The notes under the pieces: model-generated | Database searches by the model: none | What the model saw: the letters and a program-made list of their open reading frames with translations, nothing else | What the model was told of the DNA's origin: nothing | Assembly: GCA_043512555.1 (NCBI GenBank) | Contig: CP121333.1 | Coordinates: 2,309,955 to 2,373,954 of the forward strand | DNA length: 64,000 nucleotides | Source of the DNA: OM182 bacterium | GTDB lineage: Bacteria; Pseudomonadota; Gammaproteobacteria; Pseudomonadales; Azotimanducaceae | Direction: 5' to 3' | Position numbers and translations under genes: made by a program | Shown here: positions 53,110-62,318 of the stretch, piece after piece | Layout: every line of letters starts with the position of its first letter | How positions within the stretch are numbered: the stretch's first letter is position 1

Positions 53110-55402
53110 TTTCGTGTCAAAAATTCAGTCTCTATCCGATATCACCTCGCAGATTGGTTCGCCGTCCGCGATACGCCTGGCGACGGACACCGTCTCCCGT
53201 GGCGTGGATAACTATCACGCTGATATAGAGATCTCCCCTGGCTTCACCTTGAAGCTTCGAGAAGCCATCGCACAGAATCTCAAGCTGCTGATGGCGGGCA
53301 AGACCATGATGTCGGGTAACTCCGAGATGATGCATGACTACCGGGACGCATACGCTGACCTTGTTCAGACCATGCTGCATCGGATCAAAACTGATTTCAC
53401 CGCGGGCCAGGTGCATGTGCTGCAGTTCGGCATTGTGAAGAACGTGATCGAGGAAGTGCGTGATGCGGTAGACCAGCAGTACGAGTCCCTCGAAGTGACG
53501 CTGGGTCAGCAACAGAGTTCAGGTTCTCGATCATTGCTGGCGACCCAGGAAAGGCTTGCGTGGTTTCGTGCGCACAGCGGCGAGTTCGTATATCGACTGA
53601 CGAGACTCTTCTTGCGCGCTATGCAACGGGAAGAAAACAATCAGCTGCGTGCCCTCAGAGAACAGTTCGTGGGAGATTTTTCTGCCGCGGTTAATCTGAT
53701 GTTCAATCCCATGCTGGCCGCGAGGTCGCCACGTGACCCGTTGCTTCAACTTGATCACTACGCGGTCTGGCCGGGCGAGGGTGCCAGGTTCGATGAGCTG
53801 AACCAGGCCTTTGAAGATATTTTTAAGAATCACTTCCCGGACCAGCTGACGCGCCCGCTGAAATCCGACAGCAAGCCTGGGCGGGGTGAGTCTGAAGTGT
53901 ACGACGCACTGGGAGGGCTGTTTGCCTCACAGTCGATGCTGGGTCCGGCTGAGGACCAGAAAGACCGTTTGCGCGAAGAGTTCTCCTGGCTGGATCACCC
54001 GGGCAATATGCGCCTGCTCTTCGATCCCAGTCTCCATGAGCAGCATCTTGCGCAGGAAGGGCTGGGTTTTGCTGGTACGCGAAAGCTGAAGTCTGAATTG
54101 AAAGTGCTTGAGAAGGTCGTTGCTGAACTGCGTAAAGCTGTGGGTGATGAAAGCACGCTGCGCAAGGTGCTCGCGAGCTATGCGCTGAGAGATAAGCTGC
54201 AGCAGTCCGATCTGGATGTCATCAGCATCGAGGATGCGCTTGAACTGGTCGCTGGCCGAGATCACCGTAAAGTAGCCCGCTTCCTCGACGCCGGTATGGA
54301 AAACGTCCACTTGCTTCAATCCAAGCTGGAAGACTGCGTCAAAGAGTTTGATCGGCTGTACAAAGAGTCCAGCGATGAACTCATGGTCAGGCTGCTCAGC
54401 GACTTCAGCCGCTACCGCCTGCATCTGAAGTTTTATCGCTTTGCCCATCGACTTTTTAATCGCATCTCGGTGATCACAAATCCCGATGAGATTCAGTTAG
54501 CGAAGGTTGGCGGTAACCTCTATCGACTGCTGAGTGGGGCAGAATCCAGGGACGCAGAGGACTCAGCGGAATCAGAAGTGGTGCATCACTGTGTAATCAA
54601 AGCCGATGTGCGCGGTTCCACCACGGTGACACGAGAACTGGCCAGGCAGGATTTGAACGCGGCGTCCTATTTCTCGCTTCGCTTCTTTAATCCGATCAAG
54701 GAAAGGCTTGGCCTTTACGGCGCAACCAAGGTCTTCATTGAAGGTGATGCCGTCATTCTCAGTATCAATGAGCTCAACGATGCACCGGACCAATGGTTCA
54801 GCGTGTCGCGAAGTTGCGGTCTTGCCAAAGAAGTACTGGATATCGTGAAGTCCAAGAACGCGCATTCCAAGCAGACTGGATTGCCAGCACTCGAGTTGGG
54901 TATCGGCATCTGCTACAGGGACGAACGACCCATGTTCCTGTTCGATGAGGATAAGCCCATTATGATATCGCCAGCGATTGGTGATGCTGACAGGATGTCC
55001 GGCTGTGCCTGGCAACTGCGCGATAATATTCAGCCAGGTCACTTCAATGTGGGTGTCTTCCTGCCCGACCCTGCAACCAGCCAGGAGGGCGAGAAAGGCC
55101 AGAAACTGCTTCGGTACAACGTCAACGGCATCGTTGTGGATGATGCTGCCTTCAAGAAATTGCAGGACGAGGTTCATTTCACGCAGGTGAAGGTGCGTTC
55201 TGGCGGCATCGAGGAAAACTTTTTTGTCGGGCAGTATCCGGACATTGTCGGCAAAAAACGGGACCTGGTGATACGGCAGGGCAAAGTAGGGGTCTGGCGC
55301 GGTGATGCCAGCGTTAAAGACGCTGAGACCGGCCTGTTCTTCTATGAAGTGCTGCCCAACACCAAATTCGCCGCCCAGATCGTGGAGATGGCTCAGAAAT
55401 AG
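53054..55402 (+). CDS. large uncharacterised protein with C-terminal class III nucleotidyl-cyclase-like domain
   Basis: The cyclase-homology pattern reads VIKADVRGSTTVT ... KVFIEGDAVILSI ... LELGIGICYRD ... ISPAIGDADRMSG. The N-terminal ~550 aa is helical and unrecognised. The start is uncertain (ATG 53054 or GTG 53114). Confidence 0.65.
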   Translation: MNSPVIGVGNVKLSESESSFVSKIQSLSDITSQIGSPSAIRLATDTVSRGVDNYHADIEISPGFTLKLREAIAQNLKLLMAGKTMMSGNSEMMHDYRDAYADLVQTMLHRIKTDFTAGQVHVLQFGIVKNVIEEVRDAVDQQYESLEVTLGQQQSSGSRSLLATQERLAWFRAHSGEFVYRLTRLFLRAMQREENNQLRALREQFVGDFSAAVNLMFNPMLAARSPRDPLLQLDHYAVWPGEGARFDELNQAFEDIFKNHFPDQLTRPLKSDSKPGRGESEVYDALGGLFASQSMLGPAEDQKDRLREEFSWLDHPGNMRLLFDPSLHEQHLAQEGLGFAGTRKLKSELKVLEKVVAELRKAVGDESTLRKVLASYALRDKLQQSDLDVISIEDALELVAGRDHRKVARFLDAGMENVHLLQSKLEDCVKEFDRLYKESSDELMVRLLSDFSRYRLHLKFYRFAHRLFNRISVITNPDEIQLAKVGGNLYRLLSGAESRDAEDSAESEVVHHCVIKADVRGSTTVTRELARQDLNAASYFSLRFFNPIKERLGLYGATKVFIEGDAVILSINELNDAPDQWFSVSRSCGLAKEVLDIVKSKNAHSKQTGLPALELGIGICYRDERPMFLFDEDKPIMISPAIGDADRMSGCAWQLRDNIQPGHFNVGVFLPDPATSQEGEKGQKLLRYNVNGIVVDDAAFKKLQDEVHFTQVKVRSGGIEENFFVGQYPDIVGKKRDLVIRQGKVGVWRGDASVKDAETGLFFYEVLPNTKFAAQIVEMAQK

Positions 55403-55610
55403 GTCGGCCAGAGCGCCTCAACACTCTTCCAGCCCGGCCCCGAGACCTGCCTTCAAACTGTATCTCAGCTGGGCGTAACCCATTATTTTCTATCGCTTTT
55501 TGTTTATAGCGACTATTCCTAATCGCCATCGTTTGCTGTGGTGTTTGTGATAAACTTGCCGCCTTTTTTTGAACCGCCCGGCGAGTCATTCGGGTTATTC
55601 GGAGTACATT

Positions 55611-57026
55611 GTGGGTAAAAATCTGTTTCAAAAGGTGTGGGACGACCACGTCATTCGTCAACTCGATAGCGGTCAGTATCAGGTCTTCATGGCTCTGCAT
55701 CTGATCCATGAGGTCACCAGCCCTCAGGCCTTTGGCATGTTGAAAGACAAGGGTCTTAGCGTGGCATATCCGGGCAGAACCTTTGCCACGGTCGATCACA
55801 TTATTCCAACGGATAATCAGTCTCGACCGCTGGCTGATGATATGGCGGAGAAAATGATCCAGGTGCTGGGTGATGCCACGGCAGAGCATGGTATCGAGTT
55901 CTTTCCACCTGAATCCGGCTCACAGGGCATCGTGCATGTGGTGGGTCCCGAGCTTGGACTGACGCAGCCAGGTATGACTATCTGCTGCGGAGACAGCCAT
56001 ACGGCCACCCACGGTGCTTTCGGTTGTATTGCGCTGGGTATAGGAACGAGTCAGGTTCGCGACGTGCTGGCCAGCCAGACGCTGGCGATGGACCCGCTGA
56101 AGGTTCGCCGCATCAATGTTGAAGGTAAATTGTCACCCGGCGTGACTGCCAAAGACGTCATTCTGCACATCATCAGGCTATTGGGCGTGAATGGCGGCGT
56201 GGGTTACGCCTACGAGTACGGCGGCTCCGCGATCGAAGCGATGACCATGGAAGAGCGCATGACCGTGTGCAACATGAGTATTGAAGGTGGCGCGCGTTGT
56301 GGTTACATCAACCCTGATGCAACCACCGTCGAATTCCTGCGGGGCAGAGAACGGGCACCCGATGATTTCGACAGTGCAGCGGAACGCTGGCTTTCTTATG
56401 CCAGTGATGCTGATGCAACCTACGACGATACCGTAACGATTGATGCTGCCGGGATTCAGCCCACGGTCACCTGGGGCGTTACACCTGCACAGGCCATTTC
56501 CATCGAAGAATCGATTCCATCGCCTGAAAGTGCAGAGGGTCTTGAAAGCAGCCTGATCAGTGATGCGCTGAGCTACATGAAGCTTGCATCGGATGCGCCA
56601 ATCAAAGGCACAAAGATTGACGTGGCATTCATCGGTAGCTGCACAAACGGTCGGCTGTCCGATTTTCGGGAAGTTGCCCGCATGATCGAGGGTCACAAGG
56701 TCGCTGGCAATGTTAGAGCGATTGCCGTGCCGGGTTCCGAGAAAGTTGATAAAGATGCGCGGGCTGAAGGTCTCCACAAAGTGTTTGAAAACGCCGGTTT
56801 TGAATGGCGCAAGCCAGGATGCTCCATGTGCCTGGCAATGAACCCGGACAAACTGGTCGGCGATGAAGTCTGTGCTTCAAGTTCTAACCGAAACTTCATT
56901 GGCAGACAGGGTTCATCAACGGGCCGCACGATTCTAATGAGCCCGATCATGGTAGCTGCCTCAGCCATTGAAGGGCAGGTGGCTGATGCACGGGAAGTGT
57001 TCGATATTAAAGGAGATGCAGCATGA
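55611..57026 (+). CDS. leuC: 3-isopropylmalate dehydratase large subunit
   Basis: [14 protein letters not shown] and CSMCLAMN Fe-S ligand motifs. GTG 55611 follows GGAG. Confidence 0.92.
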   Translation: MGKNLFQKVWDDHVIRQLDSGQYQVFMALHLIHEVTSPQAFGMLKDKGLSVAYPGRTFATVDHIIPTDNQSRPLADDMAEKMIQVLGDATAEHGIEFFPPESGSQGIVHVVGPELGLTQPGMTICCGDSHTATHGAFGCIALGIGTSQVRDVLASQTLAMDPLKVRRINVEGKLSPGVTAKDVILHIIRLLGVNGGVGYAYEYGGSAIEAMTMEERMTVCNMSIEGGARCGYINPDATTVEFLRGRERAPDDFDSAAERWLSYASDADATYDDTVTIDAAGIQPTVTWGVTPAQAISIEESIPSPESAEGLESSLISDALSYMKLASDAPIKGTKIDVAFIGSCTNGRLSDFREVARMIEGHKVAGNVRAIAVPGSEKVDKDARAEGLHKVFENAGFEWRKPGCSMCLAMNPDKLVGDEVCASSSNRNFIGRQGSSTGRTILMSPIMVAASAIEGQVADAREVFDIKGDAA

Positions 57027-57610
57027 GTCTTGCAAAGATTGCCGGTCGTGGTGTGTATGTGAAGGGTAATGACATCGACACTGACCGAATCATTCCGGCG
57101 AGGTTTTTGAAGTGTGTGACCTTTGACGAACTCGGTCCGGCGCTTTTCTACGATGTGCGTTTCGATGCAGACGATAACCCCACTGGGCACGTGCTGGATG
57201 CGCCGGCACACCAGGGTGCGGAGATTCTGATTTCAGATGACAACTTCGGATGTGGCTCCAGCCGAGAACATGCACCGCAGGCCATCCAGAAATTCGGCCT
57301 CAAGGCGGTTATCGCCGGCTCATTTGCGGAGATTTTCCAGGGTAACTGCACGACATTGGGTATTCCCTGTGTGGTCATGGCAGACGAGCACCGGGCAAAA
57401 CTCGCTGCAGAAATCGAGCGCAACCCGGACGCTGATATCATTATTGATCTTGAAGCGGGTCAGGTGATCTGCGCTAACGAGATTTTTCCCGCAGGTATGA
57501 AAGATTCAACCCGTGAAGCGTTTTTAGCGGGTACTTATGATCCACTCGACAACCTGTTGAGTGCGCGGAATGAGATCGACAAGACAGCGGAGAAGCTGGG
57601 CTACGCCTGA
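57023..57610 (+). CDS. leuD: 3-isopropylmalate dehydratase small subunit
   Basis: [11 protein letters not shown] motif. 4-nt overlap with leuC. Confidence 0.92.
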   Translation: MSLAKIAGRGVYVKGNDIDTDRIIPARFLKCVTFDELGPALFYDVRFDADDNPTGHVLDAPAHQGAEILISDDNFGCGSSREHAPQAIQKFGLKAVIAGSFAEIFQGNCTTLGIPCVVMADEHRAKLAAEIERNPDADIIIDLEAGQVICANEIFPAGMKDSTREAFLAGTYDPLDNLLSARNEIDKTAEKLGYA

Positions 57611-57620
57611 GGATTCTGAC

Positions 57621-59267
57621 ATGGCCAGAAAAAAAATCGAGATCTACGACACCACGCTGCGAGACGGCAACCAGGGCGAGGGCGTCAACCTCTCTCTCGG
57701 CGACAAGCTGGACATCACGCGCGAGCTGGATGCAGTCGGTGTTGACTATGTAGAAGGTGGCTGGCCTGGATCCAACCCCAAGGACGATGAGTATTTTCAT
57801 CGCGTGCGGGACATGGACCTCGATCATCTGAAGATCGTCGCTTTTGGTTCGACCCATCGTTCTGACTCCCTGCCATCTGAAGACTTTTTCCTGCAGAAAC
57901 TGATAGCCGCCCAAGCGGACGTAACCTGTATCTTCGGCAAGACCTGGGATTTACACGTTGAGCAGGCACTGCGCGTCTCGCCGGATCGTAATCTTGAGAT
58001 GATTCAGAATTCGGTAGCGCATTTAAGTGAAGCCACCGGCAAACCGGTGTTCTACGATGCCGAACATTTTTTTGACGGATTCAAGAGCGACCCTGGTTAC
58101 GCGCTGGCAACCATTGAGGCCGCTGTTGAAGGAGGCGCCTCTCGCGTCATCCTGTGTGACACCAACGGTGGCGTAATGCCCCATGAGGTAGCGAGCGCCG
58201 TACGTGAGTTACGAAAGGAAGTGCCCGGCATTAAGCTGGGTATACATGTGCACAACGATGGTGGTCTTGCCGTCGCCAACACCCTTCGTGCGATCGAAGA
58301 GGGCGTGGTGCAGGTTCATGGCACGATCAATGGGATTGGTGAGCGCTGCGGCAATGTCGATCTGACTTCTATTCTCGGGAATCTTGAACTCAAGATGGGT
58401 TATGACTGTCTGCCGGAAGGCCGGATCAAGGGGCTGACGAATCTTTCCCGCAAGGTCTGGGAATACCTCGGTATTGACGGGCCGTCAGGTCAGCCTTTTG
58501 TGGGCCCGAGCGCGTTCGCGCACAAGGGCGGCGTCCATGTTTCTGCAGTGCAGCGTAACCCTGAGACCTATGAGCATATCGAGCCTTCACTGGTGGGTAA
58601 CTCTCGAAAGATCTTGATCAGCGAGCTCGCAGGGGGGTCTAACCTCAAAGCGAAGCTGTCCAATCGCTACCCGGAACTTGAAGATAACGATCGGGTGAAG
58701 GCAATCCTGAATGATATTCAGGACAAGGAACACGCCGGTTACTCCTTCGAAAACGCCGATGGCAGTTTTGATCTGGTGGTCCGCAGGCACATCGGGAAGT
58801 ACAAACCGGTGTTCGAGCCGATCTATTACAGAATTTACTCACCCAGCAACGAAGAAAACACCGAGTCTCCCGGGCTGATCGAAGCCAGCGTCAAGGTTCG
58901 TATTGAAGACCAGGTAGAACTTTGTGCCGCGGAAGGTAACGGGCCGGTAGATGCACTGAACAAGGCGCTGCAAAAAGCGTTGCTCGAAAGATTCCCTGTC
59001 ATCGCAGACCTGCATCTCCGCGACTTCAGCGTGAAGGTTGTGAATAGTACAAAAGAGACGGCTGCCAAGGTGCGTGTTTATCTTGAACACAGTTTTGAAG
59101 GGGAAATGTTCGGCACGATCGGTGTTAATGAAGACATCATTCAGGCCAGTTGGAGCGCTTTGATTGAAGCTTATCAATATGCGTTGATGCAGCACGCGGA
59201 TTTCAGGGCGGAACTGCCGGGGGACGACCGGGTGGCGGGAGCCAGCGAAAATCAGCCAGCTCACTGA
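57621..59267 (+). CDS. cimA: citramalate synthase (LeuA-family, CimA type)
   Basis: IYDTTLRDGNQGEG and HVHNDGG motifs, about 548 aa with a regulatory C-terminal domain. The CimA-versus-LeuA call rests on N-terminal and length similarity as I recall them. Confidence 0.7.
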   Translation: MARKKIEIYDTTLRDGNQGEGVNLSLGDKLDITRELDAVGVDYVEGGWPGSNPKDDEYFHRVRDMDLDHLKIVAFGSTHRSDSLPSEDFFLQKLIAAQADVTCIFGKTWDLHVEQALRVSPDRNLEMIQNSVAHLSEATGKPVFYDAEHFFDGFKSDPGYALATIEAAVEGGASRVILCDTNGGVMPHEVASAVRELRKEVPGIKLGIHVHNDGGLAVANTLRAIEEGVVQVHGTINGIGERCGNVDLTSILGNLELKMGYDCLPEGRIKGLTNLSRKVWEYLGIDGPSGQPFVGPSAFAHKGGVHVSAVQRNPETYEHIEPSLVGNSRKILISELAGGSNLKAKLSNRYPELEDNDRVKAILNDIQDKEHAGYSFENADGSFDLVVRRHIGKYKPVFEPIYYRIYSPSNEENTESPGLIEASVKVRIEDQVELCAAEGNGPVDALNKALQKALLERFPVIADLHLRDFSVKVVNSTKETAAKVRVYLEHSFEGEMFGTIGVNEDIIQASWSALIEAYQYALMQHADFRAELPGDDRVAGASENQPAH

Positions 59268-59285
59268 TCGAAGGCGCGCAGCCTG

Positions 59286-60305
59286 ATGACCTGGGAAAGG
59301 CGGTGGCACCCGTTGCGCGAAGAGTGGGTGACCATCACGTCCCACAGAAACAATCGTCCATGGAGTGGCTCTGAAACGGATGCTTCGGACCATCAGGCCG
59401 TTGCCCACGATCCGGCGTGCTATCTCTGCCCGGGCAACACCCGGGTATCGAAGGCCCTGAATCCTGACTACACCGGGATTTACGTGTTCGACAACGACCA
59501 TCCCTCGTTTCAGACACCGGCAGCCGAGACGGAACCACCACCCCATCCTTTTTATCGCGTTGCACCGGCCGATGGTGTTTGTCGCGTCATCTGCTTTTCA
59601 CCTCGACATGATAGCTCGCTGGCAGCCGCCGGGGTTCAAAGAACTCGTGAGTTGATCGATGTCTGGAGTGAGCAGACCAGCGAATTGATCACCAGGGATG
59701 ATGTGGCCTCCATACTTATCTTTGAGAATCGCGGTGAGGTCGTTGGCGTATCCAATCACCACCCGCACGGCCAGATCTACGCACCGGGTTTTGTTGTCGA
59801 TGGTATACGCCGGGAAGCTGATGTGTTTGAGAAGTCAGACGCGCCGGTGATGCAGATGGTCCTGGATGCGGAGAAAGCAGACGGTCGCAGGCTGGTTTCT
59901 GAAACTGAGACGGTAACCGCGTTTGTACCTTACTTCGCACGATTTCCCTATGAGGTGTACATCGTGCCGCACAAGCCGCACCGGTTTCTGTTTGAGCTGG
60001 ACGCAGCCGAGCGTGATGACCTGGCCCATGTGCTAAATGATGTGCTGATTCGTTTCGATAATCTCTGGCAAATGCCATTTCCTTATATGTTGCTTGTGCA
60101 TCAGGCCCCGGCAGACGACGAGTACGGAAAGTATCATCTGCACATTCAGATTCACCCGCCTATGCGCCAGCCCGGATTGCAAAAGTTTCTTGCGTCGGTT
60201 GAAACCGGTGGCGGCCATTTTCTCAACGACGGCTCTCCGGAAGACAAGGCGGCGGAGTTGCGCTCCCAGCCAGACACTCACTACAGCGTGAGCCTCAAGA
60301 ATTAG
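59286..60305 (+). CDS. galT: galactose-1-phosphate uridylyltransferase
   Basis: CYLCPGN zinc site and HPHGQIY (HxHxQ) active-site motif. Confidence 0.85.
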   Translation: MTWERRWHPLREEWVTITSHRNNRPWSGSETDASDHQAVAHDPACYLCPGNTRVSKALNPDYTGIYVFDNDHPSFQTPAAETEPPPHPFYRVAPADGVCRVICFSPRHDSSLAAAGVQRTRELIDVWSEQTSELITRDDVASILIFENRGEVVGVSNHHPHGQIYAPGFVVDGIRREADVFEKSDAPVMQMVLDAEKADGRRLVSETETVTAFVPYFARFPYEVYIVPHKPHRFLFELDAAERDDLAHVLNDVLIRFDNLWQMPFPYMLLVHQAPADDEYGKYHLHIQIHPPMRQPGLQKFLASVETGGGHFLNDGSPEDKAAELRSQPDTHYSVSLKN

Positions 60306-60373
60306 CGTGAACAGGTGGCGCAGGTGACCCGGTGAAAGCAATCCGCTATCTTGTCGCAATCAGTTCCCGCAAC

Positions 60374-60427
60374 AATACAGTCGAATACAACAGCACAGTC
60401 GAATACAACAATACATTCCAATACAAC
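60374..60427. repeat. 18-nt tandem repeat x3 (imperfect)
   Basis: AATACAGTCGAATACAAC / AGCACAGTCGAATACAAC / AATACATTCCAATACAAC, ending 35 nt upstream of the LLM gene start. Confidence 0.9.
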
Positions 60428-60462
60428 AAACTCTCATTTCACAACAACAAAAGGAGCATGCA

Positions 60463-61467
60463 ATGAAGGTCGACGGTTACCTGACACCGGACTGGCACAA
60501 CATTCCGGAACACATTAAAAACATGGAAGCCGATGGCTACGATGGCGTAGGCACGGCAGAGATGAACCACGATCCGTTTATGCCGCTGCTGCTTGCAGCC
60601 GAGCATTCATCGAAGATCGATCTCGCCACCGGCATCGCGGTGGCATTTGCACGGAGCCCAATGATTCTCGCGAACCTCGGCCATGATTTGAATGCCTACT
60701 CCAAGGGGCGTTTCACGATGGGTCTTGGCTCTCAGATCCGCCCCCACATCACCAAGCGATTCAGCATGCCCTGGGGTGCACCAGCACCGCAGATGCGGGA
60801 ACTCGTGATGGCAATGCGCGCGATCTGGGCAAACTGGTATGAAGGTGAGCCGCTGCGTTTCGAAGGCAAATACTACAATCACACTTTGATGACGCCGGCC
60901 TTTACGCCGGAAGATAAAGAGTATGGTGCGCCCAAAGTGACGCTCGCAGCCGTTGGCCCGATAATGACTGAAGTGGCGGGTGAAGTTGCCGATGGACTCA
61001 TCATTCATCCTTTCAGCAATGAGAAGTACATCCGCGAGGTAACGCTGCCAGCAGTAGAGCGTGGACTCGCCAAATCGGGTCGATCGCGGGAAGACTTCCA
61101 GATCAGTTACACGCCGTTCATCATCTCAGGCAAGGATGAAGAAACCTTCGAGAAAACCAAGAACGAGGTTAAGGGAAGGATTTCATTTTACGGTTCCACG
61201 CCGGCCTACAAGAATGTGCTGGGTGTTCACGGCTGGGGTGAGATGCAGATCGAACTCAATGCGATGTCGAAAAAAGGGCAGTGGAAAGAAATGGCCGAAC
61301 TGGTGACCGACGATATGCTTAACGTCTTCGGTGTGATGGGCGAGCCAGGCAGCATTGTCGCCGAGATCAAATCACGATACGGCGACGTTGTGGACCGGAC
61401 CAATGGCGGCTTCACATTCGTGGATCACGATCAGCGACTGGAAATGGTCGCGGACCTAAGAGCCTAG
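60463..61467 (+). CDS. LLM class F420-dependent oxidoreductase
   Basis: 334 aa with luciferase-like TIM barrel sequence. AAGGAG lies before the ATG. Confidence 0.85.
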   Translation: MKVDGYLTPDWHNIPEHIKNMEADGYDGVGTAEMNHDPFMPLLLAAEHSSKIDLATGIAVAFARSPMILANLGHDLNAYSKGRFTMGLGSQIRPHITKRFSMPWGAPAPQMRELVMAMRAIWANWYEGEPLRFEGKYYNHTLMTPAFTPEDKEYGAPKVTLAAVGPIMTEVAGEVADGLIIHPFSNEKYIREVTLPAVERGLAKSGRSREDFQISYTPFIISGKDEETFEKTKNEVKGRISFYGSTPAYKNVLGVHGWGEMQIELNAMSKKGQWKEMAELVTDDMLNVFGVMGEPGSIVAEIKSRYGDVVDRTNGGFTFVDHDQRLEMVADLRA

Positions 61468-61469
61468 TC

Positions 61470-62201
61470 CTAGAACTTCTTGACCTTATCCATCATGGTG
61501 GGGTCAACACCGGGGCTGTTCTCGCGTTCATAGAGCAGCCCCTCATTTAACGGCAGGTTCATGCCCTTGTTCACCAGCATTTTGTCGGCGCGTACCGTGT
61601 GCCAGGAATTGGCAACAATCTGACGTGCGATGCCCCTGACGTGTTCAAGCAGTGCATCGTCGCTCACACATTCATTTGCTAAACCCAATCCGACGGCCTC
61701 GGGTCCGGTAACAACTCGCCCCGTGTACATCATCGCCTTGGCGTGGATGGGTCCTATGCGGCGCGGCAGGCGCTGACTCATGCCCCATAGCGGAGTCATG
61801 CCCCATTTTCCGTGGGTGTCGGCAAACTTGGCTGAATCAGAAGCGATCAGCAGATCGCAGGCGATCGCGAGTTCCAGGGAACCGGTGTAGCAGTGCCCCT
61901 GTACGGCGGCGATCACCGGTTGCGGCAGGTTTTCGATCAATTCCAGCGTTTCTGCCTGATAATGACGGGACGGGGCCTGCTCACCTTCACCAATGGCCTT
62001 GAGGTCGTTACCGGCTGAAAACGAACGACCTTCTCCACGAAGGATCACGCAGCCAACGTCTTCTGTCTGCTGGCCAATGGTTTCAAAATGCTCACGCAGT
62101 TCGATAAACAGGTTAGGGCTCAGCGCATTCAGCGCTTCCGGTCGGTTCAATGTCAGCGTTGTGACACCCTCTTCATCATCGCGCAGTACCAGTGATCCCA
62201 T
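61470..62201 (-). CDS. enoyl-CoA hydratase/isomerase (crotonase) family protein
   Basis: LTLNRPEALNAL and GRSFSAGNDL motifs. Start placed at ATG 62201 after GAAGGG. The tracked start 62357 would overlap the divergent mtnA. Confidence 0.8.
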   Translation of the reverse strand: MGSLVLRDDEEGVTTLTLNRPEALNALSPNLFIELREHFETIGQQTEDVGCVILRGEGRSFSAGNDLKAIGEGEQAPSRHYQAETLELIENLPQPVIAAVQGHCYTGSLELAIACDLLIASDSAKFADTHGKWGMTPLWGMSQRLPRRIGPIHAKAMMYTGRVVTGPEAVGLGLANECVSDDALLEHVRGIARQIVANSWHTVRADKMLVNKGMNLPLNEGLLYERENSPGVDPTMMDKVKKF

Positions 62202-62318
62202 CGCTTTTGTCCCTTCAATTTGTTTGGTTTCGGCATTGTGCGACATCACCTGTCTGGTGCCAAGCAGGGCGGTAGACGTGTATTCTTGCGATTCCACACA
62301 GTTGTTTGAATTTGTCAT

